Below, piece by piece: positions 27,090 through 38,427 of a stretch of DNA of 64,000 nt. The notes beneath the pieces are model-generated. The model had not been told where the DNA came from and made no database searches. It saw only the letters and a list, made by a program, of their open reading frames with translations. Every line of letters starts with the position of its first letter. Positions within the stretch are counted from its first letter, which is position 1. The stretch lies in contig OZ255836.1 of NCBI GenBank assembly GCA_965277715.1, forward strand, positions 608,001 to 672,000, given 5' to 3'. This DNA comes from Gammaproteobacteria bacterium. GTDB lineage: Bacteria > Pseudomonadota > Gammaproteobacteria > JBCCGL01. The translations under genes and the position numbers were made by a program.

Positions 27090-28703
27090 GTGCAGCCACA
27101 AGTATTATTTAATTTAGAGACTTTACCCACTATAACGGCGGTGCCAGTCGCGCCGCAGTCGGTGGTGCCTGGCGCGCATTTTTCAAGCCAACTCCAGGTA
27201 ATAATCGATCAGCAAACGGCTGATTTAAGTGAAGTTTCCCCAGATTCTCCCACGAATATTGATAATGTGGCCAACAGTCAGCGCCCCATTTTTCTATCTC
27301 AAGTTGCAAAGGAAATACCGCGACAATCAACATTGCCTACGGAGGGAGGTGGGCAGCACCCACCATTATCCTCTACGTTGATACAGCCTCGACATGGAAG
27401 TGATTTGCCGCCGCAAGATCAGGATTTGCCTGGTTCTGTATTTTCTGGCGTAACCGTTTCGCCACATTTGAATGCGACGCTGGCGCAAGTCAAGCTAGAG
27501 AGGGTAGGCCCAGAGCCGGTTGTTCTAGAAAGAGTGGGGGCAGGTGTAAAAGAAGGGCGGCAGAGCCCACTCGATCATCGCTTGCTCGCTGAAACCGCTT
27601 TTTATCAGCCGACAACGAATATTGCTGCGGATGGTGACGGCCTGCCCATAGCTCAAGAGGTGGCGGTAAAACCGTCGAATGTGCCGCTGGAGGGCACTCA
27701 CTCGTTGGTTCTACAACAGAGAGTACCGCAGGTTGTGCAAATGCGTAGCACAACAATTAGGCATGATAGTGTGAGTGGCAATGAGCCTGCCGTAACAACG
27801 GGCCTTCATGTGCCGGATGTACAGGTACGATTAGAGCAACTTCAACAACCGCGACAAACGACACAAGAGGCAATGCAGCCTGTTTATCAAAAACCAATTG
27901 AAACACCGCCTGTTGTGTCGCGCCAACTCGATGATATACCACAGAGAATACCGCAGGTTGTGCAAACGCGTAGCACAGCAATTAGGCGTGATAATGTGAG
28001 TGGCAATGAGCCTGCCGTAACAACGGGCTTTCGTGCGCCGGGTGTACAGGTACGATCAGAGCAACTTCAACAACCGCGACAAACGACACAAGCGGCAACA
28101 CCGCCTATTGTGTTGCGCCAACTTAATGATATGCCACGTGTGCAAAAAACCATTGATACAACTGCATCGGTAGAAATTGATACCAGTGGGTTTGAGGCGG
28201 GCAACAATACACTGTCGCCACATCGTGGCCTGGCCAGTACCTCTCAGATACCACAACTATCGTTAGGTAGCCGCCTGGAGAGTGTCGATTGGTCGAATAA
28301 TTTTGCCGACAAGGTTCAGCAGATTTTAAAGGGGGATTTTAAGCAGGCGGAAATTCGTCTGGATCCGCCACACCTTGGCAAGATTGATGTGCGGATTGAT
28401 CTTAACAGTGACCGCACAGCGATTATTTTTCATGCCGATCAAGCGGTGGTACGCGAGGCGATTGATCATTCGGCTACGCGTTTGCGCGAGCAATTGGCAA
28501 CGGCGGGCTTTGGTAATATTGAGTTGGGTATTTCTTCAGGTGATGCCCAGAAAAATCAGCGGGGTCGGCGTGATGGAAATGGCGGGGGTGCAGGGCAGTA
28601 TGCTGTTGATGATGAGGGTGTCGATGGGGATATTGTCAGTGATTCACAGGTGGCCCGGTTGGCATTAAATGAAAGGGCTGGGTCGGTTAATGTGTACGCA
28701 TAA
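27090..28703 (+). CDS. fliK: Flagellar hook-length control protein FliK-like
   Basis: C-terminal AEIRLDPPHLGKIDV..VREAID..RLRE..VNVYA; long P/Q/T-rich N-terminal region. Confidence 0.85.
   Translation: MQPQVLFNLETLPTITAVPVAPQSVVPGAHFSSQLQVIIDQQTADLSEVSPDSPTNIDNVANSQRPIFLSQVAKEIPRQSTLPTEGGGQHPPLSSTLIQPRHGSDLPPQDQDLPGSVFSGVTVSPHLNATLAQVKLERVGPEPVVLERVGAGVKEGRQSPLDHRLLAETAFYQPTTNIAADGDGLPIAQEVAVKPSNVPLEGTHSLVLQQRVPQVVQMRSTTIRHDSVSGNEPAVTTGLHVPDVQVRLEQLQQPRQTTQEAMQPVYQKPIETPPVVSRQLDDIPQRIPQVVQTRSTAIRRDNVSGNEPAVTTGFRAPGVQVRSEQLQQPRQTTQAATPPIVLRQLNDMPRVQKTIDTTASVEIDTSGFEAGNNTLSPHRGLASTSQIPQLSLGSRLESVDWSNNFADKVQQILKGDFKQAEIRLDPPHLGKIDVRIDLNSDRTAIIFHADQAVVREAIDHSATRLREQLATAGFGNIELGISSGDAQKNQRGRRDGNGGGAGQYAVDDEGVDGDIVSDSQVARLALNERAGSVNVYA
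27716..28136 (+). repeat. Intragenic tandem duplication in fliK (225-bp unit, second copy about 30 bp shorter)
   Basis: QRVPQVVQMRSTTIRHDSVSGNEPAVTTG.. at 27716 and QRIPQVVQTRSTAIRRDNVSGNEPAVTTG.. at 27941. Confidence 0.9.
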
Positions 28704-28836
28704 AAGACGCCAAAGCAAGAAGTGGTTGGCGCTGAATTTCTCCTATTGTTTTACACCGCCTACCTTGTATTGACGGGTTCAGCGTTGCGCTGTACTAGGT
28801 TTAGCCTAAATGGATGGGCCTATCTTAAAACCCTGT

Positions 28837-30678
28837 CTATTTTTCGGTATAGAGGTTATTTACCACCGCTGCGATCTGGCTGCCTTTAAATACAGGTAAT
28901 GAACAGGCCTTATCAGAGCAGGCAAAGGCGGCGGCACGGTCGAGCTGTGGGTAGGTGACGTCGGCATTGGGCAGCGGGCCTTCGCGTTTGTCCCACCAGT
29001 CGATACGCAGGTAACTGCCGGGGTAGGCGCGTGCAGCGGCGTGCAATGCGCTGGCGGCCGGGTCATCTTTGGCACCGACGATGGTGATATGTGCCGGTTC
29101 GTGGGTGAGCTCGTAGTCGGCCAATAGGATATCCGGTTGGAAAATAAACTCTTCGCTTAATTCCGGTGCGGCAAGATAACGCATGGCGTGTTCTGCGATG
29201 GCGCGCAGGCGTGGTTCCCCTGTGTAATATGAGGCGATATTGGCGGTGCGTGCCAGAGCGGCAATTTCATCAATTTGTTTAATGGGTTTGCTGAATACAC
29301 CGGTTGAGGCGGGTTCTTTGGCGGCGCTGTTGTAACCACCACGGTTGTCTTTGAAAGTACGCTCGATAAAGTCCAGTGTGGTCGTTGCCTTTTCCAGCCA
29401 ATGGCGTTCACCACTGCTTTGATAAAGGGCGATAAATGCCTGTGCCATAGCCTGGTTATCACTGAGATATGGACCGCCTGCGTCGTTGCTGCCGTGGCTG
29501 AATCCACCACCCGGCAGGCTGCGCTCGCTGAGGATAAAGTGCGCCGAGGCAAGTGCCCGCTCGCGTGCCGTTTCAAGCCCACTGGCGTTGTACAGACTGA
29601 GCAGGGCGCGAATTGCCCAGCCGTTTTCGCGTGCATAGATATTGGTATCGATACGTGGCATGCCCTTGGCACGACGCTGCTGATCGTTGAGTGGAAAGTA
29701 ATCGTGTCCGTCGACCTCAATGCTGAGGTCGGCATCCTGGCTGGTGTAAAACCCACCACTGGGCGCGAGTAGAAATGTTTCCAGGTAGTTATAAATTTGC
29801 AGCGCGGCACTGAGGTGGTCGGCCTGTTGCCAGCGCGCATAGGCGAGGGCGTAGAGGCGCAGGTTTTCAGCCTGGTAAAACATGATTTTTTCAAAGTGGG
29901 GTGATAGCCAGTCCTTTTGGTCTGAATACTGGTAAACACCCCCCCATTGCGGGTCGATTAAATTGAGGCCATTGTGCAGGGTAAGCCGTGCCATTAGTGC
30001 GTATTGCGACCTGCCGAGGCGGGATTGTTCAAGTGAGTATTCGGTGGCGGGCGCGTTGACAAATTTGTGCACATTGCCCCAACCGCCATATTCTGCATCG
30101 TAGAAGTCATTAAATGTTGCCTGTAGTTTTTTCCTCAGTGTCTCGCTGAGTGCCGCCTGATTGGCAGGGGTCGCCTCTGGCTCTGCGAATACCGAAGGGC
30201 CGGGGCTGGGATCGTCAATAATGGCTTGCAACATGGCGACCATACCGATAGTGGGGATATAGCCACGGCGTTTGACTATTTCCTCTCCCTGGGCTGAGAA
30301 GACGATAGTGGCTGGCCAACCCCATCGGCCATAGCGGCTGGCCATATCCGGGTTGGCATCGGCGTCGACCCGCACGGGGATGTAGTGTGCGTTGATTAGC
30401 GCGATCACCTTTGGGTCACTGTAGGTTTTTGCTTCCATGACATGGCACCAGTGACACCATACGGCTTCAAGATCTAAGATAACAAAACGCTGTTGCTGTT
30501 GGGCGCGGGTGAATAAATCATCCTGCCAGCTTTGCCACTGGATGCCCTTCTTGTGGCTGCTCTGATTGTCGGCAGCATGGGCATGAGATATAACGATTGC
30601 CAACAGCAACAAAACGGATGACAATAGGTGCACAATTGATAAGGTTTTTTTATGTAAGGGTATACAGAAGCTTTTCAT
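28837..30678 (-). CDS. Exported thioredoxin-domain protein (YyaL/DUF255 family)
   Basis: Signal peptide, WCHWCHVME, GWPAT, PHFEKIM. Confidence 0.88.
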   Translation of the reverse strand: MKSFCIPLHKKTLSIVHLLSSVLLLLAIVISHAHAADNQSSHKKGIQWQSWQDDLFTRAQQQQRFVILDLEAVWCHWCHVMEAKTYSDPKVIALINAHYIPVRVDADANPDMASRYGRWGWPATIVFSAQGEEIVKRRGYIPTIGMVAMLQAIIDDPSPGPSVFAEPEATPANQAALSETLRKKLQATFNDFYDAEYGGWGNVHKFVNAPATEYSLEQSRLGRSQYALMARLTLHNGLNLIDPQWGGVYQYSDQKDWLSPHFEKIMFYQAENLRLYALAYARWQQADHLSAALQIYNYLETFLLAPSGGFYTSQDADLSIEVDGHDYFPLNDQQRRAKGMPRIDTNIYARENGWAIRALLSLYNASGLETARERALASAHFILSERSLPGGGFSHGSNDAGGPYLSDNQAMAQAFIALYQSSGERHWLEKATTTLDFIERTFKDNRGGYNSAAKEPASTGVFSKPIKQIDEIAALARTANIASYYTGEPRLRAIAEHAMRYLAAPELSEEFIFQPDILLADYELTHEPAHITIVGAKDDPAASALHAAARAYPGSYLRIDWWDKREGPLPNADVTYPQLDRAAAFACSDKACSLPVFKGSQIAAVVNNLYTEK

Positions 30679-30916
30679 TGAGCAGACCTGTTTGTAACAA
30701 CAGCGGCTTGGATAACTATAACGGGTTGAAGTTCAGGAATTATGCTAAAACAACGCTGAAGAATTTCTTGTATCGTCTATATTACTACCCTAAAAAAACT
30801 TAAATTTAGAACTGCCTGTTAACATTACCTGAAAGAGATGTTTTGCCTCATAAGGGTTGTTTTGACAGGCTTAAATATTTATCGTCACTCTATAAGTAGC
30901 ACAAAATAGGGCGTGT

Positions 30917-32251
30917 GTGTTGACACCGATTAGTCAAATTATTGAAAAACTCCGATCCGGCAAGCTGAGCAGTGTTGCTTTGGTTGAGAGTTGCATCGCG
31001 GCGGCAGAGCGTAGTGATGCGGTATTTATTACTCTGAATGCCGATCAGGCCATTGCCCAGGCGACGCGGGTCGATAATGCCCGTCGCTCGCATGGCGCAT
31101 TGCCACCCTATGCCGGTATTCCCATTACATTGAAGGATTTATTTGATGTGCAGGGTGAGGTGACGACTGCCGGTTCACGTGCATTGGCTTTCGATCCGCC
31201 CGCGACTCAGGATGCCACTGTTGTGCAACGTTTGCGCGATGCGGGGTTTATCTTTCTCGGTCGCGTCAATATGAGCGAATTTGCCTTTTCCGGTATGGGA
31301 ACCAATCCACATTATGGTACACCGCTGTCGATTTGGGATCGACAGATGCAGCGCCTGCCGGGTGGTTCTTCTTCAGGCAGTGGGGTCAGTGTTGCCGAGG
31401 GTATCGTGCCCGGCTCTATCGGTTCAGATACCGCCGGTTCCACGCGTGTTCCTGCGGCGTTTAATGGTGTGGTGGGGTTTAAACCGAGCTATGGCCGGTT
31501 TCCACTCGATGGGATGTTTCCATTGTCACCGACGACTGATGCACCTGGCCCGTTAGCCAGTACAGTCGAGTGTTGTTACCTATTGGATGCCGCGATGGAT
31601 GGCGATCTGCGCCCGGCACAACTAATAACCAAACCGGCAAAGGATATAAAGCTATTACTGCCGCGTGCCAATGTGATGAGAAATCTCGATCCTGTCGTCA
31701 GCCGGACATTTGAACAGGCAATAAACAGTTTGCGCACGGCTGGATTGCGTATCGAGTCAACGCCGGTGCCCGCGTTGGATGGCTTGTTGGCGTTGTTTCA
31801 GAAGAGACCGTTAGCCACGTATGAAGCCTGGAGGGCGCACCGCAAACGGATTGCCGAATGCGGTTATGAATATGATCCATTTGTGCGTTTACGTATTAGT
31901 GGTGGTGCCGATATAAGTGATGATGATTATAAGAAAACCCATAGCCAGCGGCGTATGTTGATTAAAGAGCTGGCAAAATCAATGCAGGGATATGATGGCA
32001 TGCTCTACCCAACGGTACCCATTGTGCCCCCCAGGCTGGTGGAAGTGGATGATGTCGAGGCTGCACGACCAATCAATTTTCGCTGCCTGCGCAATACAGC
32101 AACGGTAAACTATTTTGATGGTTGTGCGATTTCGCTACCTTGCCACAGGAAGGGTGAGTCGCCGGTTGGCCTGATGTTATCAGCCGGCCACGGCCAGGAC
32201 TTTAACTTATTTCAACTGGCAATTACTGTGGAGCGTGCTCTGCGGCGCTAG
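30917..32251 (+). CDS. Amidase (amidase signature family)
   Basis: KDLFD, PGGSSSGS, GSDTAGSTRVPAA. Confidence 0.93.
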   Translation: MLTPISQIIEKLRSGKLSSVALVESCIAAAERSDAVFITLNADQAIAQATRVDNARRSHGALPPYAGIPITLKDLFDVQGEVTTAGSRALAFDPPATQDATVVQRLRDAGFIFLGRVNMSEFAFSGMGTNPHYGTPLSIWDRQMQRLPGGSSSGSGVSVAEGIVPGSIGSDTAGSTRVPAAFNGVVGFKPSYGRFPLDGMFPLSPTTDAPGPLASTVECCYLLDAAMDGDLRPAQLITKPAKDIKLLLPRANVMRNLDPVVSRTFEQAINSLRTAGLRIESTPVPALDGLLALFQKRPLATYEAWRAHRKRIAECGYEYDPFVRLRISGGADISDDDYKKTHSQRRMLIKELAKSMQGYDGMLYPTVPIVPPRLVEVDDVEAARPINFRCLRNTATVNYFDGCAISLPCHRKGESPVGLMLSAGHGQDFNLFQLAITVERALRR

Positions 32252-32332
32252 GAGTCTGTCGGGTTTAGGCGCTCGCGGTGGGTCAAATCCGCTTTTGCAC
32301 AGTAGAGTAGCCTGAATTCGACAGGCTCCCAG
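32248..32332. mobile_element. Degenerate MITE-like inverted-repeat element
   Basis: CTAGGAGTCTGTCGGGTTTAGGC ... GCCTGAATTCGACAGGCTCCCAG, 18/23 complementary termini. Confidence 0.6.
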
Positions 32333-32338
32333 GAGACA

Positions 32339-33295
32339 GTGAGTCATATGCAATACCCCCAGGCAATTCAACGTTTGCAACGCAGCGAGCTGGCTGTACC
32401 CGCTATTAACCCCCGTATGTTTGAAAAAGCACTGAACAGTGCCGCTGACTGTGTGTTTCTGGATCTGGAGGATTCGGTTGCTGTTGGCGATAAACAGCAG
32501 GCGCGTAAAAATGCCGTTGCAGCGTTGCACGATATTGATTGGCGTGCTGCCGGTAAAACGATTTCAGTACGTATTAATAGCACTGATACACACTATATGT
32601 ACCGTGATGTGGTGGATGTTGTCGAGCAGGCGGGTGATAAAATTGATACCTTGATAATCCCTAAAGTTGGGGTTGCCGCCGATGTGTACATGCTGGATAC
32701 ACTGCTGACACAAATTGAAAATGCCATGGGTTATAACCATCGAATTGGTATTGAAGGCATGATTGAAACCGCGTTGGGCATGATGAATGTGGGTGAGATT
32801 GCCACTGCCAGTACGCGTATGGAAGCGCTGCATTTTGGCATGGGTGATTACGCTGCTAGCTGCCACGCCAGGACAGTCGATATCGGCGGGCTGAACCCTG
32901 ATTACCCCGGCGATCAATGGCACCACGCCTTGTCCGGCATGTTGATTGCCTGTCGTGCCTATGGGATTCGTGCAATCGAAGGTCCCTTTGCCGACTTTAA
33001 AGATCCAGATGGTTTTATACACGCTGCGAAGCGCTCTGCGGCGCTGGGCTATGAAGGTAAGTGGGCCATCCACCCCGCGCAAATTGAGCTGGCCAATCAG
33101 GTTTTTTCTCCACCGGCGGAAGAAGTGGCGCAAGCACAATTAGTGCTGACAGCGTTACAGGAGGCCGCTGCAAAAGGTAAAGGTGCAGCGCAGCTAAATG
33201 GCCGTATGATTGATGCGGCATCGGCGCGTATGGCCGAGAATATTGTCGCTATAGATAAAGCGATTAAGGCGAAGGCACTGACGCCAAATGTTTAA
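32339..33295 (+). CDS. CoA-ester lyase, CitE/HpcH family (malyl-CoA lyase-like)
   Basis: RLQRSELAVPA, FLDLEDSV, SVRIN, GKWAIHPAQI. Confidence 0.88.
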   Translation: MSHMQYPQAIQRLQRSELAVPAINPRMFEKALNSAADCVFLDLEDSVAVGDKQQARKNAVAALHDIDWRAAGKTISVRINSTDTHYMYRDVVDVVEQAGDKIDTLIIPKVGVAADVYMLDTLLTQIENAMGYNHRIGIEGMIETALGMMNVGEIATASTRMEALHFGMGDYAASCHARTVDIGGLNPDYPGDQWHHALSGMLIACRAYGIRAIEGPFADFKDPDGFIHAAKRSAALGYEGKWAIHPAQIELANQVFSPPAEEVAQAQLVLTALQEAAAKGKGAAQLNGRMIDAASARMAENIVAIDKAIKAKALTPNV

Positions 33296-34706
33296 ACCGC
33301 GCTAAAACCCGTTGCCGTGCCTGTTGGTAGTCGATGATGGGTTCGGGATACCCCAATTTTTTGCGTATATCAGAGGGTGGATTGTGAATGGCCTTGCCGT
33401 CCAGCGGTGCCAGTTCAGGTATCATTTTGCGGATAAAGTGACCCTCTGAGTCAAACCGTTGCGACTGTTTTAAAGGGCTGAAAATACGAAACCAGGGCGA
33501 GGCATCACAGCCGGTTGAGGCACTCCACTGCCAGCCACCATTGTTCGAGGCAAAGTCTCCGTCGAGTAAATGCTGCATAAAAAATGCCTCTCCCTGCCGC
33601 CAATCGATCAGCATGAGTTTGCTAAAAAAGCTGGCAGTGAGCATTCTCAAGCGGTTGTGCATCCAACCGGTGCGCAGTAGTTGGCGCATACCGGCATCGA
33701 TAATGGGAAACCCGGTCAACCCCTGTTGCCAGGCGTTGACCGATTCTGGGTCGTGTTCCCATTGCACATGCAGGGTTTCTTTTTTAAAAGGCTGGTTTTT
33801 GCACAGCGAGGGCGAACAGACCATCAGGTAACGGTAAAACTCACGCCAACCCAATTCCCTCAGCCAGGGGTCCTGGCGCCAATCGGCACCCTGCTCAGTG
33901 GCAATTTGTTGCACGGCCTGCAGGCAGCGCCGTGGGCTGATCAAACCACTTGCCAACCAGGGTGAAAGGGTGCTGCTGCCGTTTAGGGCCGGGAAGTCCC
34001 GCTGGTTGTGGTAGTCCATTAACCTTTGTGTGGCGAATGTCTCCAGGTGTTGTCTGGCGCGCTGTTCACTCCCGGGCCATAGGTCGTTGCGGTAGTGCGT
34101 GCTACCGGGCAGTTTGATTGGGTGCGTAGGTGCTGGTAAGGCGCTGGCAACGGGGGCGGGTTCAGGAAGGGGTTGCGGTGTATTTTCAGCTAAACAGCGG
34201 TTCCAGGCGCGGTGCCAAGGCGTAAATACCTTATAGTAATTGCCTTGTTGATTGCGTATGGCGTGGTGTACTAACTGGTCGCCATCACAGCTATGGCATT
34301 GCACGTTATCGGTTTGCAGGGCATCGACAATGGCTTGGTCACGCATTTTTTCATCGTAGGGGTGATCCTGGTTAAACCACATATCCGTTATATGGTGCTT
34401 CCGGCAGTAACGGTGTATTAACGGTGGTAGGTCGATGTAGTACGCCGCGTGTAATAGCTCGAATGCGATTCCCAGTTGTGCAAGCCGCTGGTGAATGTCG
34501 GTTAATGCATCGCTGCGCAGGCCCAGTTTAGCTGGGGCTTCGTTGTGCAAATGCCATTGTTCGGGGGTTGCGCAGTAGATAACCCGCACCGGCTGTTTTT
34601 GTTGGCAGGCGTGATAAAGTGCCGGGTTGTCGTCCAGTCGCAAGTCATTTCGCAGCCATACTAGGTTAACTGGATTGGCCCGGTTCGTAGCGTTGGTTTG
34701 ATTCAC
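33264..34706 (-). CDS. phrB: Deoxyribodipyrimidine photolyase
   Basis: [32 protein letters not shown]. Confidence 0.93.
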   Translation of the reverse strand: MNQTNATNRANPVNLVWLRNDLRLDDNPALYHACQQKQPVRVIYCATPEQWHLHNEAPAKLGLRSDALTDIHQRLAQLGIAFELLHAAYYIDLPPLIHRYCRKHHITDMWFNQDHPYDEKMRDQAIVDALQTDNVQCHSCDGDQLVHHAIRNQQGNYYKVFTPWHRAWNRCLAENTPQPLPEPAPVASALPAPTHPIKLPGSTHYRNDLWPGSEQRARQHLETFATQRLMDYHNQRDFPALNGSSTLSPWLASGLISPRRCLQAVQQIATEQGADWRQDPWLRELGWREFYRYLMVCSPSLCKNQPFKKETLHVQWEHDPESVNAWQQGLTGFPIIDAGMRQLLRTGWMHNRLRMLTASFFSKLMLIDWRQGEAFFMQHLLDGDFASNNGGWQWSASTGCDASPWFRIFSPLKQSQRFDSEGHFIRKMIPELAPLDGKAIHNPPSDIRKKLGYPEPIIDYQQARQRVLARFKHLASVPSP

Positions 34707-35731
34707 AACATTGGCCAGGTATCACTGAGCTTGTAGCCTTCTGGCCAGGGATCGCTCGGATCCAGGGTGTGTTGGTGCGTGCCGGTTAACCAGGCGCGGC
34801 CACGAATCGATGGCACGATTGCCGGGGTGCCGCCCACTGTGGTGGCAGATTCAATTTTACAATCAAACCGTGAACCGATAATGGATCGGCCAATAAATGC
34901 ATCGCCAGTATTGAGCAGGCCTTTTGCATGGAGTACCGCAAGCCGTGCCGAGCAACCCGTGCCGCAGGGTGAGCGGTCAATTTTGCCCGGCTGGATAATG
35001 ACGGCACTGTGGCCTGACAGCGTGCCCTGGTCGTGGATTAGTGGCATTGCCATCTGGCAAAAGGAAATATGCTGCCAGTCGGGGTTATCTGGGTGGGCAA
35101 ACCCCAGTTGTTGGTTGGCGGCCTGGGTAATTTTAATGCCGGTTTCGGTGATATCGCGTGCTTCGTCGGGGGTAATGGCAAAGCCAAGCGCGCTGGCATC
35201 GACAATAACAAAGCTATCGCCACCGTAGGCAACGTCAACGGTCAGCGTGCCAAGCCCCGCGACTTCGATATGTGCATCCAGCGCTGTCGCAAACGAGGGC
35301 ACGTTGTGTGTTTTCACCGAGGTAACTTTGCCCGCTTTACAATAAGCGGTGATATTGATCACACCCGCCGGGGCCTCGATAGTGATCCGTGTCTCCGGTT
35401 CCTGTATTGGCAATATGCCGGTTTCCAGTAATACGGTCGTGACGCACATACTATTGGAACCAGACATAGGGGGCGTATCTTCCGGTTCCATTACGATCCA
35501 GCCCATATCCGCGCCTGGGTTTTTTGGCGGTACTAATAAATTCACATGGCGAAATACACCCCCGCGTGGTTCGTTGAGCATAAAATTGCGCAGTGTCTGG
35601 TCGTTGGCTATCCAGCGGGATTGCGCCCAAAGTGTGTCACCGGGCGGTGGGGCGACACCGCCGACGATAACATCGCCCACTTCACCTTCAGCGTGACAAC
35701 TGACGGTGTGAATAACTTTGCTTGATCTCAT
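34703..35731 (-). CDS. Proline racemase family protein (Ser/Cys variant)
   Basis: [28 protein letters not shown]. Confidence 0.9.
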   Translation of the reverse strand: MRSSKVIHTVSCHAEGEVGDVIVGGVAPPPGDTLWAQSRWIANDQTLRNFMLNEPRGGVFRHVNLLVPPKNPGADMGWIVMEPEDTPPMSGSNSMCVTTVLLETGILPIQEPETRITIEAPAGVINITAYCKAGKVTSVKTHNVPSFATALDAHIEVAGLGTLTVDVAYGGDSFVIVDASALGFAITPDEARDITETGIKITQAANQQLGFAHPDNPDWQHISFCQMAMPLIHDQGTLSGHSAVIIQPGKIDRSPCGTGCSARLAVLHAKGLLNTGDAFIGRSIIGSRFDCKIESATTVGGTPAIVPSIRGRAWLTGTHQHTLDPSDPWPEGYKLSDTWPML

Positions 35732-35918
35732 TGGGTATGGCCTTTAGGGCTAGAGTAAGTTGTGCTGTGTTATTGAGTAACAAATTCTTGTTGGTTTTTT
35801 TGTTTGCCATTAAGCTGGGCGGTATTGTATGGGAAAAAGGAGGCGTATTGTGTGTAGTGGCTATTGCCAATAACCCCCATATAAATAACCCCAAAATAAC
35901 CCAGATATTGCACAGGCC

Positions 35919-36533
35919 ATGAGCGAAAAAGAAACCCCTCACCATACACACGATGCACCATTGTCTGATATCGAACAGCGAGTCAAAGACCTGGAGCAAT
36001 TGCTGATTGAAAAAGGCTTGATCGATCCGGCCGCATTGGATGAATTAATCGATACTTATGAACACCGCGTGGGGCCGCGCAATGGTGCCGCTGTGGTGGC
36101 AAAAGCCTGGACAGATGCCCGTTACAAGGCGCGGCTACTGGAAAATGCAACCGCAGCCATTGCTGAGCTTGGCTATACCGGTCGACAGGGTGAGCATATG
36201 GTGGTGGTCGAAAACACGCCACAAGTGCATAACCTAGTGGTTTGTACCTTGTGCTCCTGCTACCCGTGGCCTGTGCTGGGGTTGCCGCCAACCTGGTATA
36301 AGGCCTCCAGTTATCGGGCGCGTGCCGTCAGCGAGCCACGCGCTGTCATGGCAGAATTTGGCTGTTATTTGGACGATGGTATTGAGGTGCGGGTATGGGA
36401 CTCAACCGCCGAGGTACGCTATCTGGTGTTGCCTATGCGGCCACCAGGCACGGAGCACATGGATGTAGCGGCACTGGCTGAGTTGGTGACGCGTGATAGC
36501 ATGATCGGCGTCACCCAGGTTGCGATACCGTGA
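35919..36533 (+). CDS. nthA: Nitrile hydratase alpha subunit, cobalt type
   Basis: [10 protein letters not shown] metal site (Thr/Tyr pattern of Co-type enzymes). Confidence 0.97.
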   Translation: MSEKETPHHTHDAPLSDIEQRVKDLEQLLIEKGLIDPAALDELIDTYEHRVGPRNGAAVVAKAWTDARYKARLLENATAAIAELGYTGRQGEHMVVVENTPQVHNLVVCTLCSCYPWPVLGLPPTWYKASSYRARAVSEPRAVMAEFGCYLDDGIEVRVWDSTAEVRYLVLPMRPPGTEHMDVAALAELVTRDSMIGVTQVAIP

Positions 36534-37165
36534 ACGGTGCGCACGATTTAGGGGGTATGCACGGTTTTGGCCCCATTGATATCGAAAGCGGTCACGCGCC
36601 GTTCCACCATAAATGGGAGGAACGCGTCTTTGCTATGACACTGGCCTGTGGGTTTCTTGGTCAATGGAATATCGACCAATCCCGTTTTGCCCGAGAGCGG
36701 ATGGAGCCGGGTGAGTATTTGCAAACCAGCTATTATGAGCACTGGCTGTATGGCCTGGAAACCCTATTGGTAGAGCGCGGTTTGCTGCCCGTTGATAAAA
36801 CGCAAGACAGCCGGGCAGTACCCGCCGGGCGGGTGGCGGGAATTTTGGCCAGCGGCGGCCCATCGTATTGTGCCAGCCAGACACCGCCTCAATTTAACGT
36901 GGGTGATACGGTTACCATCGGCAACCAACACCCGGCAGGGCACACGCGTGCGCCACGTTTTGTGCGGGGCAGGCAGGGGACTATCACACGCTACCACGGC
37001 AGCCATGTATTGCCGGATATCAGCAGCCAGCCGCAAGGGATTAAAAAGGGAGCACATTTATACAATATACGCTTCGAGGCGGATGCACTGTGGGGTGATG
37101 CAGGGGATAGCAACAGCGCCGTATACGTCGATGTCTTTGAGCCTTATATCGAGGAGCGTCTATGA
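36530..37165 (+). CDS. nthB: Nitrile hydratase beta subunit
   Basis: [28 protein letters not shown]. Confidence 0.95.
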   Translation: MNGAHDLGGMHGFGPIDIESGHAPFHHKWEERVFAMTLACGFLGQWNIDQSRFARERMEPGEYLQTSYYEHWLYGLETLLVERGLLPVDKTQDSRAVPAGRVAGILASGGPSYCASQTPPQFNVGDTVTIGNQHPAGHTRAPRFVRGRQGTITRYHGSHVLPDISSQPQGIKKGAHLYNIRFEADALWGDAGDSNSAVYVDVFEPYIEERL

Positions 37166-37446
37166 GCAATAACTCTGTGCCACTGTTACCCCGGCAACCG
37201 GCAGACGATGATGGGCCGGTGTTTAGTGCACCCTGGCAGGCCAAAGTATTTGCGATGGCTGTGCACCTGCATGCACAAGGTGTTTTTAGTTGGCGGGAGT
37301 GGGCAGATAGCCTCTCTGTGCATATCGCACAATTTGAGCGCGAGGGAGGGCGTGTAGAGGGTGATCGATACTACCGTTTGTGGCAATGCGCCCTGGAGGC
37401 ACTCCTGGTGCAGAAAAAACACATGGCAGGTAAAGCTGACAGTTAA
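37162..37446 (+). CDS. Nitrile hydratase accessory protein
   Basis: GPVFSAPWQAKVFAM, FSWREW, YYRLWQCALE. Confidence 0.92.
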   Translation: MSNNSVPLLPRQPADDDGPVFSAPWQAKVFAMAVHLHAQGVFSWREWADSLSVHIAQFEREGGRVEGDRYYRLWQCALEALLVQKKHMAGKADS

Positions 37447-37504
37447 TCTATTTCGATAGTACACTCCCCGTTTTCCGACACCCTCTTTACAGGAAACCCA
37501 CCCG

Positions 37505-38332
37505 ATGAATAGCCCCGGCCCCGCCAGCGTAGCGGTGTTATCCTCAGAATCTATTGTCAATACAGTCACTTATCCGATCGATGCCGTTGGCTCTGAAAGC
37601 TACGCTGCCTTGCTGCACCGTTGCCAACAGCATATGGTTGATGAGGGTGTTTGTTTATTACCAGAATTTATCACCCCCCATGCGCTTGATCGTATTCGCG
37701 ATGAGGCGACGACTGTATTGGATAAAGCCTATTTTTGCCACAACACACACAATGCCTACCTACAGCCAGATGATCCTCAATACCCACCCGCACACCCGCG
37801 TCGGCGCCATTTACATACAGACGTAGGGTCAATTGCCTACGACAACCTGCCGCAGGCAGGGGTGCTTTGCCAGCTATACCAATGGGATGCTCTGACAGAT
37901 TTTATTGGTGCCGTACTGGGGCATACAGCGTTTTACCGGGCTATTGATCCACTGGGTGCCCTGTCGGTCAACGTCTTTGAACCGGGGGGATCACACGCCT
38001 GGCACTTCGATGAATCTCACTTTACTGTCACACTGATGGTGCAGCCTGCCGAGGCGGGTGGTTTATTTCAGTATGTGCCGAATATACGCACGAGTGACGA
38101 TGATAATTTTGATGTGGTTGGTGGCGTGTTAGATGGTGACCACAGTGCGGTGAAAACCCTGCCATTTACAGCGGGTACACTATCAATTTTTGCCGGGCGC
38201 AATACACTGCACCGGGTTACACGCATCGAAGGTGATCGCCATCGCCTGGTGCCGGTATTGTGTTACGCCACCAGACCCGATGCACAAAACAGCGAAGCCG
38301 TGCGCACACTATTCTGGGGGCGCGCCAGCTAG
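37505..38332 (+). CDS. 2OG-Fe(II) oxygenase, BesD/HalD/ArpA-like (predicted hydroxylase)
   Basis: WHFD, GGLFQY, FAGRNTLHRVT. Confidence 0.8.
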   Translation: MNSPGPASVAVLSSESIVNTVTYPIDAVGSESYAALLHRCQQHMVDEGVCLLPEFITPHALDRIRDEATTVLDKAYFCHNTHNAYLQPDDPQYPPAHPRRRHLHTDVGSIAYDNLPQAGVLCQLYQWDALTDFIGAVLGHTAFYRAIDPLGALSVNVFEPGGSHAWHFDESHFTVTLMVQPAEAGGLFQYVPNIRTSDDDNFDVVGGVLDGDHSAVKTLPFTAGTLSIFAGRNTLHRVTRIEGDRHRLVPVLCYATRPDAQNSEAVRTLFWGRAS

Positions 38333-38427
38333 ACCCCATGTATTTACTTGTGTGCAAGCTAATATAAGGTAGACGGTGTACTTGACCGGCCCGACATTAT
38401 TTTTTACATAAACAGGTTTAATACATT

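Noticed and set aside
37505-38332. Radical halogenase
   Set aside because: Retains the HxD carboxylate ligand typical of hydroxylases
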